Below, one piece after another: positions 40,231 to 52,605 of a stretch of 64,000 bases of DNA. Location: contig NC_043007.1 of the NCBI RefSeq assembly GCF_006345805.1, positions 56,544,001 to 56,608,000 of the forward strand. The letters are read 5' to 3'. Each line of letters begins with the position of its first letter. Positions within the stretch are counted from its first letter, which is position 1. The notes beneath the pieces were generated by a model, which saw only the letters and a list, made by a program, of their open reading frames with translations, ran no database searches and was not told the DNA's origin. Source of the DNA: Octopus sinensis. Lineage: Eukaryota. Position numbers and translations under genes: made by a program.

Positions 40231-40339
40231 ATATATATATATTATAGATAATATATACAAGTTTACATATTATATATTATATATATATATATATACAAGT
40301 TTACATATATATATATATATATAATATATATATATATAT

Positions 40340-40480
40340 AACGGGAAGCTTTATGAAAATAAACAAAAGACGAAGGCAGGTGGAAAACAAACGAACAATT
40401 GTATTAGTATGGCGCTCAGGAAATATAAATAAACAAAGTCTTTAACGTTTCGAGCCTACGCTCTTCAACAGAAAGAACAC
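40340..40480 (-). mobile_element. Third copy of the Penelope-like terminal fragment with a variant hammerhead (40440-40475)
   Basis: Minus CTTT-CTGTTGA-A-GAGC(GTAG)GCTC-GAAACGTT|AAAG; downstream sequence matches 7288-7380. Confidence 0.55.
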
Positions 40481-40574
40481 AGAGTATATATATATATAAT
40501 ATACACAAGTTAATATATATATATATATATATATATATCATATATATTATATATATATATATATACATAATATA

Positions 40575-41691
40575 TCAGGTCATCCCATACGTTCTGTTCG
40601 ATTTTACCTTTTTAAAATTGAATGAAATTTTATAGTATTTTAGAATGTCTAAGGGAATTAAAAATTAGTTTTATGCATTTGTGTACATTTAAACTAATTA
40701 AATATTATTTTACAAAATAATAGAATTAAAATTTCTTTGATTAAAACCCTTTCTAACATGGAAGTATCCAAAGAGCATTTGAGGCGCATAATGATTTAAG
40801 AGTACAAAAAAGGAAACTTTGCAACCGAAGCAACTCGAAACATACACTCAGTTTATGGAAAATAATGCTTGAAAGAAAGAACTTGCAGAAGATGGTTTGC
40901 AAAATTCAGAAGTTGAGATTTCAGTCTTGAAGATGAAGATCGAACCTGGACGCCCAGTTGAGTTTGATGCTAAGCTCCTTGAGATATTATTTGAAGAAAA
41001 TCCTGCATTTTCAGTTGAAGAATTGGCAATATAGCTTAGTTCAAACCATACAACTGTTCATCATCATCTTCAACAACTTGGAAAGGTTCCTAAACTTGGA
41101 AAATAGGAGCCTCATGAATTGTCTGAAAGCAACCGCAAATCCCGAGTTGACATCTGCTCTTCTCTCCTTTCTCGCGAACTCATTTTACCCTTTTTGGATA
41201 GACCTCTGACTGGTGACGAATAATGGATCTTCTATCGAAATATTAAACGTCGTAAACAGTAGCTTGGTAAAAGAGGAAAAGCTGAACCACAATCGAGAAG
41301 GGAACTTCATGGGGAAAAAGTTATTTCTATCTGGTGGGATTGCAAAGGAGTAATTCACTTTGAATTATTACTACCTAATGCAACGATCAATGCTCAAGTC
41401 TACTGTCAGCAATTAGAGCGCTTGAACCAAGATTTGAAGAAAAAAGGACCCGCTTTAGTGAATCGAAAAGGAGTGAAGCTTCATCAGGACAATGCGTGAC
41501 CCCACATGGAAAGATCACACCACAGATCAAAGAGCTTGGTTGGAAAAAAATTCCTCATCCACCGTATTATCCCGACCGTGATCCTTCAGACTACTATTTG
41601 TTTAGTAGATTACAGAATCTTTTGGGGGACATAACTTTCGGAAGCCAGGAGGTGGTCGAAACTGGCATTTCAGAGTTCTTCGCTTTAAAAC
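40575..41691 (+). mobile_element. Mariner (DD34D) transposon, decayed transposase, 3' end replaced by a MITE-like sequence
   Basis: TA|TCAGGTCATCCCATA TIR. ATG at 40758: MEVSKEHLRRI..CRRWFAKFRS.DFSLEDE, LTGDE*WI, WWDCKG, LHQDNA, PHPPYYPD.DPSDYYLF; many stops. Confidence 0.9.
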
Positions 41692-41870
41692 CGCGACCTG
41701 TTCACTGACAAAACATTCTGCTGCACGAAGTTTTGTCAGTGAACAGGCCGCGATTTGAAAGCGACGAAAATATTTTGACACAAATTAAATTTAAATGTTG
41801 AAGTGAAACTAACGATTTTTTGAGTGTTCTTAAATAGCTTACAAACATTTACCACGCTGCAATTGTTTTT
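41692..41870 (-). mobile_element. Partial copy of the 8048-8248 MITE with an internal 23-bp inverted repeat
   Basis: CGCGACCTGTTCACTGACAAAA and TATTTTGAC.CAAATTAAATTTAAATGTTGAA...CCACGCTGCAATTGTTT are shared with 8048-8185. Confidence 0.75.
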
Positions 41871-41921
41871 GTTTCAGCAAATGATCTCACATCAAGTCAC
41901 TTACTACGCAGGTACATCTCC

Positions 41922-42025
<104 letters not shown>

Positions 42026-42126
42026 AGTATATGCATATGTATATACATATATATATGTGTGTAGGATATATACATATATATATACATATAATATATAGCT
42101 ATATGTTATATATATACGTGTGTGTG

Positions 42127-42170
<44 letters not shown>

Positions 42171-42884
42171 TTAAAAACTAAAGGGAATCGGAGATATATC
42201 TTATAACTACTAGGCAGTGATGCAAATTGGAAAAAAAAAGTTTGACAATAATGTACGCGAAACATATAATCGATTTTTTTTTCTAACTTATAATAAATAT
42301 CCTGTTGTCAAATAATGAACTTAGAAGCACTCAACATATTCACAGCTGCCAAAATAATATTACACAATAGTATAATTGTGTATCAATTCTGAAATCTTCA
42401 ATAGTCATTAGAAATATCAATATGTGACACTGTGAAAAAAAGCAATCTCTCAAATATTCTACACCTTTCATTCTAATTATTTTCGTTTAAGTGAAACACT
42501 TCCGCGATTGTCGTTTACTTTCGTGCCTATTCATGCCTTGCTGGAAATGTATTATTGCGGGCGTTCAATCGTTAACATCTGTTTTTATGATATTATGATG
42601 GCGATTATTTGATGATGGCACTTAAATATGTTTAAAAGACCTAGATAGCTGCCTGTGATTGGCCTTTCATTTGCATAAGGGTTATTGATCATTGTTAATA
42701 TCGCTAGAGTTGCAAGTACTGTATGGTAAATTGTGATAGCCGTACAGTACATTGCAAGTATAGGCAGGACATGGTAAATTACAAGAACAGTAGAGTACAT
42801 GGTATACATTAAGTATTGTACAATATGTTGGACATTGTGCAATTTGCCGCATACAGTACGCTCGATCTGTATACGTGTGTGTGT

Positions 42885-43085
42885 TTGTGTGCTTGTGTTT
42901 GTCCCACGCCCACCATCACTTGACAACCGATGTTGTTGTGTTTACGTTCCCGTAACTTAGCGGTTCAGCAAAAGACACCGATAGAATAAGTACTAAGCTT
43001 ACAAGAATAAGTCCTGGGGTCGATTTGTTCGACTAAAGGCCGTGGTCCTGCATGGCCACAGTTAGATGACTGAAACAAATAATTA
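42885..43085 (+). mobile_element. SINE family B, 3' half
   Basis: CTTGACAACCGATGTTG...GAATAAGTCCTGGGGTCGATTTGTTCGACTAAAGGC...ATGACTGAAACAA. Confidence 0.85.
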
Positions 43086-43375
43086 AAAATGATATATGTT
43101 CTCTCCAACAAAGTATTGTGAATCTTCTACAAATACTATGGATGTATAAGTATTTTTAGAGAAAGATTAGTGTAATATTGAGATATTTCTGTATCGCAAG
43201 TGAATCGAAATATGCTGTTCTTTCAGCTCATCAGATATTTAGAGTTTACCCGTTAGTATAACAATGCTTACCACACGTAAAATATTACATTATTTTCAAA
43301 TTTTATTGGACGGAATAGCATCCAATGTTATGCGTGTCTTTTGCATAATTTAGTTTGCAATTGTTTGTCATTCTG

Positions 43376-43442
<67 letters not shown>

Positions 43443-44380
43443 GGTGATGGGTCCTCCATATGTAGCGAAGGTCATTAAAATTGTGTTTAAAGAAATAGGA
43501 TAGTTTTGATGTATTCTTATTTTGTTTAAGTTTTTCTAATGGTTTTCTTTCAGTTCTCTTCTCTCCTCTCACGTATGTTCCTTCGCCTTCAGATGGAAGT
43601 TGCAGAAAAATGAGGAGGCCTCATTAGTGAGTTTCCAGCATAAAAGTGAAAGTGATTATGGTTTCTGAAATGTTTCCTCTCTTTTTATTATTTAATTTTT
43701 TTCCTATTGGAGGCCTTTAACAGTATTTTGAAGTAAACACTCTAACATAACATGAAGATCAAGTGAAATCAAAATAAGACCCAACGGTTGACTTACTCAC
43801 TTTCTATATGCTTTATGGATCAATATTGTTTATGTTTGCTGAACATGTCTGTGGTGTGGATTGAAATATATACATACAGTGCAGAAAATGCAGAATAGAT
43901 AGGACAATTAAACACATTATTGGCAGCTTGTACCTACATATGAATTACTTCGAGGGACACCGTATTTCACTATGTGGTGTAACTCTATATTTAGTAACTA
44001 TTTAAACAATGAGTTTGTGGATGGTTAATGCGTCGGATGGGGTGCTGATGAAGAAGCAAGAACTCCTGAAATATGGCATTTAAACCCATTACCTAGTTTT
44101 CTACCTTCGATCTGATTGTTTGTTTACATTAGGCGTATTCAGATGCGAAACGTCGTAACAAATTAGTGTTGGGTATAATTTCTATGGAAAGCTTTTAGAG
44201 ATAACCTTAAAAGTTATTTAATAACACTGCTAACACTGTAGGACGGTACATAACGAAATACAGCGTCCCTACAAGTAATTAATATACCAGGAAAGTGTTT
44301 AATATGTATATCCAAGAGTGTTGTACTACTATATTTGATATATAGGATAATAGGAATGATTTGTATCAGAAGCAACCTCC

Positions 44381-44417
<37 letters not shown>

Positions 44418-44990
44418 TAAACGCATATGTGTAAAGACATATATACACGTATACATTATGTATATAAGAGGGAGCATGTGTGGACGTGTGTGTATGTACG
44501 CGTGTGCACATATAATATATGGTTGGCAAGTGAAACAGTATTGGGAAATAAAAGAAACCTTTCGATTAGCCCACATGTGTTTGGAGCATATTTCATCTGT
44601 AAAAAGGCCATTTTCTCTGCAGTTTGCCATAGAGAAAAATTCTCGCGTTTGGCAAAATGCGTAAAACACCGGTCATTCTGGTGCTCCTCCTATGAATTTC
44701 GAGCTCTTTATGTTCTTATCCATATTAGATATCGAGTGAGACAATTCCTAAATGACTGGGAGCTTTCGCTTCTTTATAAGAAATCGGCAGAAATCACCTG
44801 ATGTGTATGTTTGGGACATATTTTACCTGTGAAAAAACATTTTCATTGCTGTTTGCCATTGTAGTGGGTTGGCGACCTCAGCAGCTTGTAGCTTCCATAG
44901 GGAACACGCCAGAATGGTTTTGATGTTTTACACCTCTTGCTTAAAGTGAAGAGTTTTCTCCATGGTGAATTACTTTTACATATTATATTT

Positions 44991-45027
<37 letters not shown>

Positions 45028-45769
45028 CACACACACAAACACACTCACACACAGAGGACTTTATGTTTATATCTGTATGCATATATATCAGTCAGTATGC
45101 ATGTGTATATGATCACTGAACTGCACAAGTTCGCACACACACACACACACGCAATCATCTTTGAGTCCCGGTTCATATCGGTTGGCTATGTAGCTGCACA
45201 ATGCAAATCTCTGGGAAATACCTTAATTTTTAGGGAAATCCGGTAAATACCACAAGCTATTTCAGCCGACTCACTCACAGTTCCGCAAATCTACCACCCG
45301 AAAGATGAAACTCGGAGTAATCGCGGCGGGATTTAAATACAGAGAGTTCAAACAAATACCACAAGATTTTCTATCTAACGCTTTACTGACTTTATCGGTT
45401 TGCCTCAGAAAATGGTGACGACGACCACGACGATGAGGAGGAGAAGGAGATGACAACTTTGGTTTCTTAAAAACAAGGATGCTGGAATGGTTACAAAGTA
45501 AAAAACCTACAAGTTAGTTTCCTCAATCGCCACAACAACCGAACTTTTATAGATGAGAACGTATTGTCCATTGTATCTCATATGGAAGAATGGGGCTCTG
45601 AGGATTAGAATGGAAGCGAACATAGTGCTAAGGATTATGAATTTGTATTCTTATTCTCATGAGTCTGAGAAATCAAGGACCTCTAGAAAACAGAAATATT
45701 TGGATGCAAACACTATTTCCTCTTTTTTCATTAAAAGGGAAGACCCCCTAAATTAAATTATTATCTTTA

Positions 45770-46040
45770 TTTTATCTGTCTTTACTTATGTAGCACCACC
45801 TGAAGGGTTTTATACGGACTAAACAGTCTTATATCTACTTATATCTATCAAGTCCGGTACTTATTCTATCTGTCTCTTAAGCCGAACCGCTAAGTTAGGA
45901 TGACGTAAAGAAACCAGTACCGGTTGTCAAGCGGTAGTGGTAGGGGACAAACACAAACAAAAAAGGGCTCCAAGGAAGGAGTCTGAACCTGGAACCATAT
46001 CGCTGGGAAGCAAACTTTTTACCATACAGTCACGTGTGCG
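45770..46040 (-). mobile_element. SINE family B (minus strand)
   Basis: Reverse complement of the family B head and tail (GCCGAACCGCTAAGTTA..G.ACGTAAA...CGGTTGTCAAGCG; GGGAAGCAA.CTT.TTACCA). Confidence 0.8.
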
Positions 46041-46057
46041 GCTATATTAGATCGTAG

Positions 46058-46290
46058 TAAGGTGGCGAGCTGGCAGAATCGTTAGCATGCCGGGCGAAAT
46101 GCGTAGCCGTATTTCGTCTGCCGCTACGTTCTGAGTTCAAATTCCGCCGAGGTCCACATTGCCTTTCACCCTTTCGGGGTCGATTAAATAAGTACCAGTT
46201 ACGCACTTGGGTCGATGTAATCGACTTAATCCGTGAGTCTATTCTTGTTTGTCCTCTCTGTGTTTAGCCCCTTGTGGGTAGTAAAGAAAT
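46058..46290 (+). mobile_element. SINE family A, full length
   Basis: TAAGGTGGCGAGCTGGCAGAATCGTTAGC...GAGTTCAAATTCCGCCGAGG...TTTAGCCCCTTGTGGGTAGTAAAGAAAT. Confidence 0.92.
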
Positions 46291-46859
46291 ATATATTGGA
46301 TCGTAGTATAGGGTTTGGTTAATATTTAACAGTTTGAGGAGCACTTGTTGAATGAATCCAACAACACTAATATATAACTAGTCCTTTTTTTTATCGACTG
46401 TTGGGAATTGACAGTTGGGAAATAATAAACGTTATTCACGATGGTATCGGTTGCCAAAGGCAACGAAGGTGCGTTTGAATAGGAGAGGGTCAAAGGTCAA
46501 CCACCTGTCGGTCTAAGTGACACTCCTTTGAAGTGTGTCAGATTAAACTCTCAATTGCACAAGTAAAGGAAACACTACCACCAACACACACACACGGGTA
46601 TGCACACAATCCGTAGAGGGCGGTGGTATTGTGATTGTAATGGCGGCGGAGGAGGAGTTGATAATTATGGAAACGGGATAATGGGGGTGGTGTGGTACTG
46701 TGATAAATTTGTTAAATGTTCAGATCTTAATATATGTGAAGTTGATGATGGTAGTGAAGGAAACCGTGGAGGTGGAGTGAAAAGGACAGCGGTAGCGTGA
46801 GAGCGTCACAATATATTAGGCGAACACCAAATTGTTGTTTGAATGTTACATTAGGATTG

Positions 46860-48850
46860 AGCCAGAGAAAAGAAGTTATATGGAAAGGTTATTAGAACTC
46901 TGGCAAATATCCATATGAAGAGCTGAAGGATGTGAATGAACAAAGATACAGGAGCACGTTGGAAGATATTCAAGCCGGAGTTGGTAAGATGAAAAACTGG
47001 AAGACAGTTGGCCCGGACAGGGTTAAGGGATTTAGGTTGAAGGTTTTGACAAATTTACATCCTAAACTACAAAAATTCCTGCAAGCTGTGTACACCAAGG
47101 AATTGTACCAGAATGGATGTTTAAAGGAAGAATTGTGTTGATTCAGAAGGGCCCAGCTAAGGGTATCGTGGCCAGTAACTATCGTCCGATTGCTTGTTTA
47201 TCTATAATGCGAAAGCTTCTAACTGGGATAATGAGAAATTGTATAACCACTTGTTAAGAAATAAACTGCTAAATAAGAAATAAACTGAACAGGGAGGCTA
47301 CAGGAAGGATCACAAGGAAAAAGGATCAGGTGCTGATTTAAAGGGAATTCTTAGGAAATGTCGACAAAGGTTGAGAAGCCTATCAATGGTTTGGATGACT
47401 GTCAGAAGGCATATGACATGGTTCCCTGCTCGTGGATTCTGAAATGCCTGGAGACGGCAGCTAAGAATATTATTTATTGACAAACAGTATGAGAAGCTGG
47501 AAGACAGTTTTGACTGCAGGTAGAAGAGAAATTAGACAAGTCGACATCAAAAGGGGAATCTTTCAAGGAGACTCGGTGCCACCCTTACTGTTCATTGTTT
47601 GTATGTTACTACTCTCCATGGTTCTGAAAAACATAGGGAGCTAGTGACAAACTGCTGAAAAACATGATACCAAACAATTGCCTGCTATTTATAGATGATT
47701 TGAAGCTTTATGTAGCTAGTAGGGGTCAGTCACGAAATCCAGATGTCACTTGGTATAGAGAAATGCGCTGTTATTGAACTGAGGAGAGGGCGAAAAGTAG
47801 ACAGCTGTGGATTACAATTTCCAGATGATAATCGGAAAAGAGGTGAAAGGAGAGGGTTACAATTATCTTAGTGTTTTACAGTTAGGCCAGATGATGAACA
47901 CCAAGATGAAGGAGAACATTTTTTCTAAATATACCAGATGAGTTAAAAAGCTATGTAAATCTTAGCTGAATGGTAGGAACCTGATTACAAGCATCAACGC
48001 GTGGGTTGTTGGCATGATACGTTACTACGCAGGTATTGTGGAATCGACAAAGGATTGGAAAAGTATGAAGATAATGGGTGTCTTCATACTAGAAGTAACA
48101 TAGCAAGTAACATATGGAAAGTGCCAGGAATGTGCTATGGAAAGCTAGGAAGGAAAGTGGAAGCGGACTGATTGAAATAGAAGATAGTGTTTTGAAGGAG
48201 AACAAATCCTTGCATGCCTATCGAAGGAATTGTGATGAAAGGATGTCGCAGAATGCACTGAGGATTGAGTGCACTGAGACCCCCCAGGAGTACAATATGA
48301 AGACTAAAAGAGGAAAGCTCATCAATTGGAGAGAGGAAGTCCTACACGAAGAGATTTTCCAATAAACATCGGATGAAATTGATGAAGATGCAGGAGGTGG
48401 TTAAGATATGGCGTTTTTAAAGGAGACAGGAATGATTCTTGCTGCTCAAGAGTAAGCATTACGAACCAACCCACTCAAGCGTAGCTTTGATAAGATATAA
48501 GAATCACATTTGTGTAAAATCATCCGAGACAGTTAGACATATGATTAGTGGATGCTCAAAACTGGCTCAAAAGAAACACAAAAAGCGCCATGACGAAGTG
48601 GCAGTGTAAATATACTTGGAGATATGGTAGAAGTACGGGCTAGAATGTTCCAATGAGTGCTATGAAAACCAACCTTTGCCAGTAGCAGAGAAAGATCAGG
48701 CGAAACTCATAAGATATAACATATACACACACAGACAAGAAGAAGCAACATAACCGACCAGATTTCACTCTCCTACTGAAGGAGTTCAAAGAATTGATCA
48801 TCATCGACGTAGCTACACCTACAGAGCAGAATAATTAATGCAATAAACAG
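46860..48850 (+). mobile_element. Heavily decayed R4/Dong-like (RLE-type) LINE
   Basis: MKNWKTVGPDRVKGF, LIQKGPAKGIVASNYRPIACL, QKAYDMVP.SWI, KRGIFQGDS.PPLLF, LLFIDDLKLY, ISGCSKLAQK.HKKRHD, RPDF...IIIDVATP; many stops and frameshifts. Confidence 0.88.
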
Positions 48851-49262
48851 AGATCTTGAGAGTATCCTTCAGTGCCAACCTTGTTTCTTTGAAAAGCAAA
48901 AGAAACAAGAACAGAAGCAATACTCATATCCGGAACACACCACTACAATCCACTCACTGAACATGAGTAGCACTCAGAGCTCTCACAGTCTCTCCAAATG
49001 CAGAGTCACTATTATTGAGGATCCCTCTTGGCAAAAGTACATCCATAGTAGAGCTAAGACTACATTCCAGACAGGTCATTTTCCGCAGGCTGGAAAATAT
49101 TTCAGCTCCCTACAGCTACTGGCCTTGGATAAGGCTAATGTGACCGCATTCAGAGAAAATCACACGACTGATTGGAATTCAGTCACTAACGGACAAGCTC
49201 CAGTCTTTGGACCCTGGGGTATGCTGTCTCCTTGCTATCTTTTGTATCACTACTATAATGGC

Positions 49263-49590
49263 GTCTATGAAGATGCGTGGCTTAGTGATTAAGGCATTCG
49301 GCTCACGATCATAAAGTCGTGACCTCGTTTCTCGGCGGCGCGTTGTGTCATTGAGTAAGACACTTTATTGCACGTTGCTCCTGTCCATTTAGCTGGAAAA
49401 AAATGAGTAGTACCTGTAATTCAAAGGGCCAGTCTTGGCACCTTCTGTGTCATGCTAAATCTCCCTTAGAACTGGCGTGAGGGGTGCGCGCGTCTGTGCA
49501 GTGCTCAGCCACTTGCACATTAATTTCACGAGCACCCTATTATGTAGATCGAATCAACGAAACACTCGTCACCGTAACCGATGGAGTGTC
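49263..49590 (+). mobile_element. SINE related to family C
   Basis: GTGGCTTAGTG.TTAAGGCATTCGGCTCACGATC..AAAGTCGTG head; tail TCAAAGGGCCAG...GTGCTCAG.CACTTGCAC.TTAATTTCACGAGC shared with 28555-28720. Confidence 0.75.
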
Positions 49591-49965
49591 TAACCTAAGG
49601 GCATTTATTCCTCAGAAGTGGCTGGCCTCTTACCTCCATCACTCAGGTAATCCCAACCTACTCGTCTCTTCCCAAGATTGTCACTTTTATTGCGTCCACC
49701 TTTCAGGCCTCGCATTACTCACTATATCAAGTCTTTTTTACACTGACCATCTATCATATCTCCCAACTCCGTAGGTAGATTGGCTTGCAACAGAAAATCA
49801 TTTTTATCAAGTTCAGGATTCTGGGAGGACCTGCAAAGGTCAGGGGTAATGTCTCTTCTACACTCCGCAAGTAAAAAAGAAAAAAAGCGAGTGTCTATAC
49901 CATATGTGTGTTTATGTTTGTGTGTGTGTGTGTGTGTGTTTCAAAAGTATACATGTACGTGTATG

Positions 49966-50011
<46 letters not shown>

Positions 50012-50449
50012 TGTGTGTGTGTGTGCATGTCCATGTCAAATGCATACGTGATTGCGTGAATATTATATTCCTAATATAAACATACGAGGAATATAATGTA
50101 TATGTGCATGCATCCCTATGCACACACGTGCATACATATTGAAGACAAAAGTTACGACGATCGTTATAGCATACATGGTAAGCCAAAGACGAACTAGATA
50201 CAATTTTCTGTCATATCTATTTCTATTATTCTATTAGATTCTTTAGGAAAAACATGAAGCTCACCACTCCAAGTCCTTGTGCTTTGAAGTGATTGGAACG
50301 AATAATTCATGGATGAATATCTTCGTTCTCAGAAATACTTTTATTTACCGAAATAATGCTTGACATAAATATTTATCTGTTTATACATGTTTTTCTTTAT
50401 ATATTCAGTTTAAATACTTTATAGACTTGTTATGCAGATATGCAAAGCT

Positions 50450-51703
50450 GCAGTTGTTTGATCTAGCTGAAATTTTGCATATGCAATCATTTATATCTCT
50501 ATAGAGTAAGTGGCAAATTACAGCACTGAATTAATTGTGGTTTCTGATTTACAGGTGTTTGAACCGAGTCAAGTGTGAAATGGAGCCTGTTGAGTGTCGA
50601 GCAGTGACCCGGTTTTTGTATTTGAAAGGACGCACACCACGGGAGACTTTTGATGAAATGAAAGTAACTTATGGTGATGATGCCCCATCATATGACCTTG
50701 TAAAACGCTGGCATCGTGAATTCAAACATGGTCGGAACTCTGTAGAAACAGCTCCCAGATCTGGTCGCCCCCTTCTGCCATTGATGAGGCATCTGTCCGT
50801 CAAGTTGAGGCTGCCATTTTGGAAGATCGACGCATAATTATTCGCCAAATAGCCTATGAGGTCAAGATTAGTACCGGGTCTGTGGAAACTATCATTCATG
50901 ACCATTTACATATGCAAAAGGTATCTGCCAGATGGATTCCCAGGTTGCTCACGCCTTTCCAGAAGCAAGAACGCGTCGAGTGCTCGAGGGTGAATTTGGA
51001 GATGTGCCAAGAAGATGAGTCAAAATTTTTCAAAAGACTGATTACACAGGATGAAACCTGGGTCCATCACGATGATTCAGAGACCAAAGCCCAGTCAATG
51101 CAGTGGAAGCACCGTGACTCACCTCCTCCAAAGAAGGCAAGGGTGCAGCCCTCCGCTGACAAGGTCATGCTCACAGTCTTCTGAGACCAGGACGGAGTAG
51201 TGATAACAGATTTCCTGGCAAAGGGTACCACAATTGCAGGAGCCTATTATGCTTCACTTTTGAGGAAATTAAGAGTAGCTATCAAAATCAAGAGGCAGGG
51301 AAAGATCAGCAAAGGCATCCTCCTCCTGCAGGACAACGCTCCGGTCCACAACTCGCTTGTCGCCAGATCAGAAGCACAGGCGTATGGCTATGAACTCCTC
51401 CCCCATCCCCCTACTTTCCTGACCTCGCACCCTCTGATTTTCACCTCTTCCCAGTCATGAAGTTGTTTTTGAAAGGAAAGCGTTTCCCCGATGATGCAGC
51501 CTTGATTTCTGAAGTCGCGTTCAGGTTGGAAGAACAAGCTGGGGTCTTCTATAAAAACGGTCTCTAGATCTGCATCAAACAATGGGAGAAATGCGTAACT
51601 CTGGGTGTTTCCTATGTAGAAAAAGACTAATAACTGTGCCAAGTTTCGTTGCTCTACTGCTATGGGAAGTGGGTCAGGGGCATTACTTATTGAACGCCCC
51701 TCG
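50450..51703 (+). mobile_element. Mariner (DD34D, irritans-like) transposon, near-complete transposase pseudogene
   Basis: MEPVECRAVTRFL...VSARWIPRLLT...ITQDETWVH...LLQDNAPVH...PHPP.FPDLAPSDFHLF (34 spacing). Two frameshifts (~50770, ~51410) and two stops. 3' TIR TTACTTATTGAACGCCCCTCG|TA; 5' TIR not seen. Confidence 0.93.
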
Positions 51704-52412
51704 TATATTGGGTTTCATGACGGATTTGTTTATCTGCCTATAAATATAGTTAAAAAATCGCAAACAAATATTTACTATCCTATTTTATCCATTACTAAGT
51801 GTAGCTATTTCTAAATTCATATAAATTGTTCATAACAATTTACAAGATCTTCTCAAGATGTCTGTCATGAGGCAATTGATGGTGAAGTGCTGCTTGGGTA
51901 ATTGTTCAGAAAATAGCTTCTAAATGTTGCTCTTGCTACGTAGCTCCGGCCCGGTCCATCAATTTGGTATATGAGGCATAAGCTATCAGAGCAATAGGCA
52001 GGCACAATCAACAGATGCAGTCCTCCAGTCCTCTCACTATATTGAAGACTACCGTGTGTTCATTTCTTTGAATTATCCATCCATGCAGTGTATTTCTCTA
52101 GTCTTGTGTGTTTTGTTTGCCACATTTTAATATAATCAGATATCTTCGGTATGAGAGTGACATACAGCCCTCTGAAATCATCTTTGATGTTGTGTATCTC
52201 AACACTGTTTGGAAAAAATGGGATTATGGATGCTGCTGGTATTATTAATTTATAAACGAAACACTGTCTGAGGTGTTGTTCAAGTTTCTGATTATTTAAT
52301 GAGAACTGAGTATGAAATGGCGGAGACTGTAAGGGTTCGAGGTTGTTGCAGTTACAAACTGCACCTCTCGTAAGTTCTGGCGACCATAGAGATTTACTTT
52401 GTTGCCTATATT

Positions 52413-52605
52413 CTTTTCTACTCTAAGCCCAAGGCCCGAAATTTTGGAGGAGGAGGCCAGTCGATTAGATCGACTCCAGTATGCAACTGGTACCCAATTT
52501 ATCGACCTCAAAAGGATGAAAGGCAAAGTCGACATCGGCGGAATTTGAACTCAGAACATAAAGACAGACGCCCGGCGTGCTAACGTATCTGCCAGCTCGC
52601 CGCCT
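52413..52605 (-). mobile_element. SINE family A with an 18-bp target-site duplication
   Basis: Flanks TACTTTGTTGCCTATATT (52395-52412) and TATTTTGTTGTCTATATT (52606-52623), 2 mismatches. Confidence 0.9.

Noticed and set aside
43205-43240. CTGATGA-GCT-GAAA on the minus strand with AAATAT/ATATTT flanks
   Set aside because: There is no helix II and no UH cleavage triplet in register.
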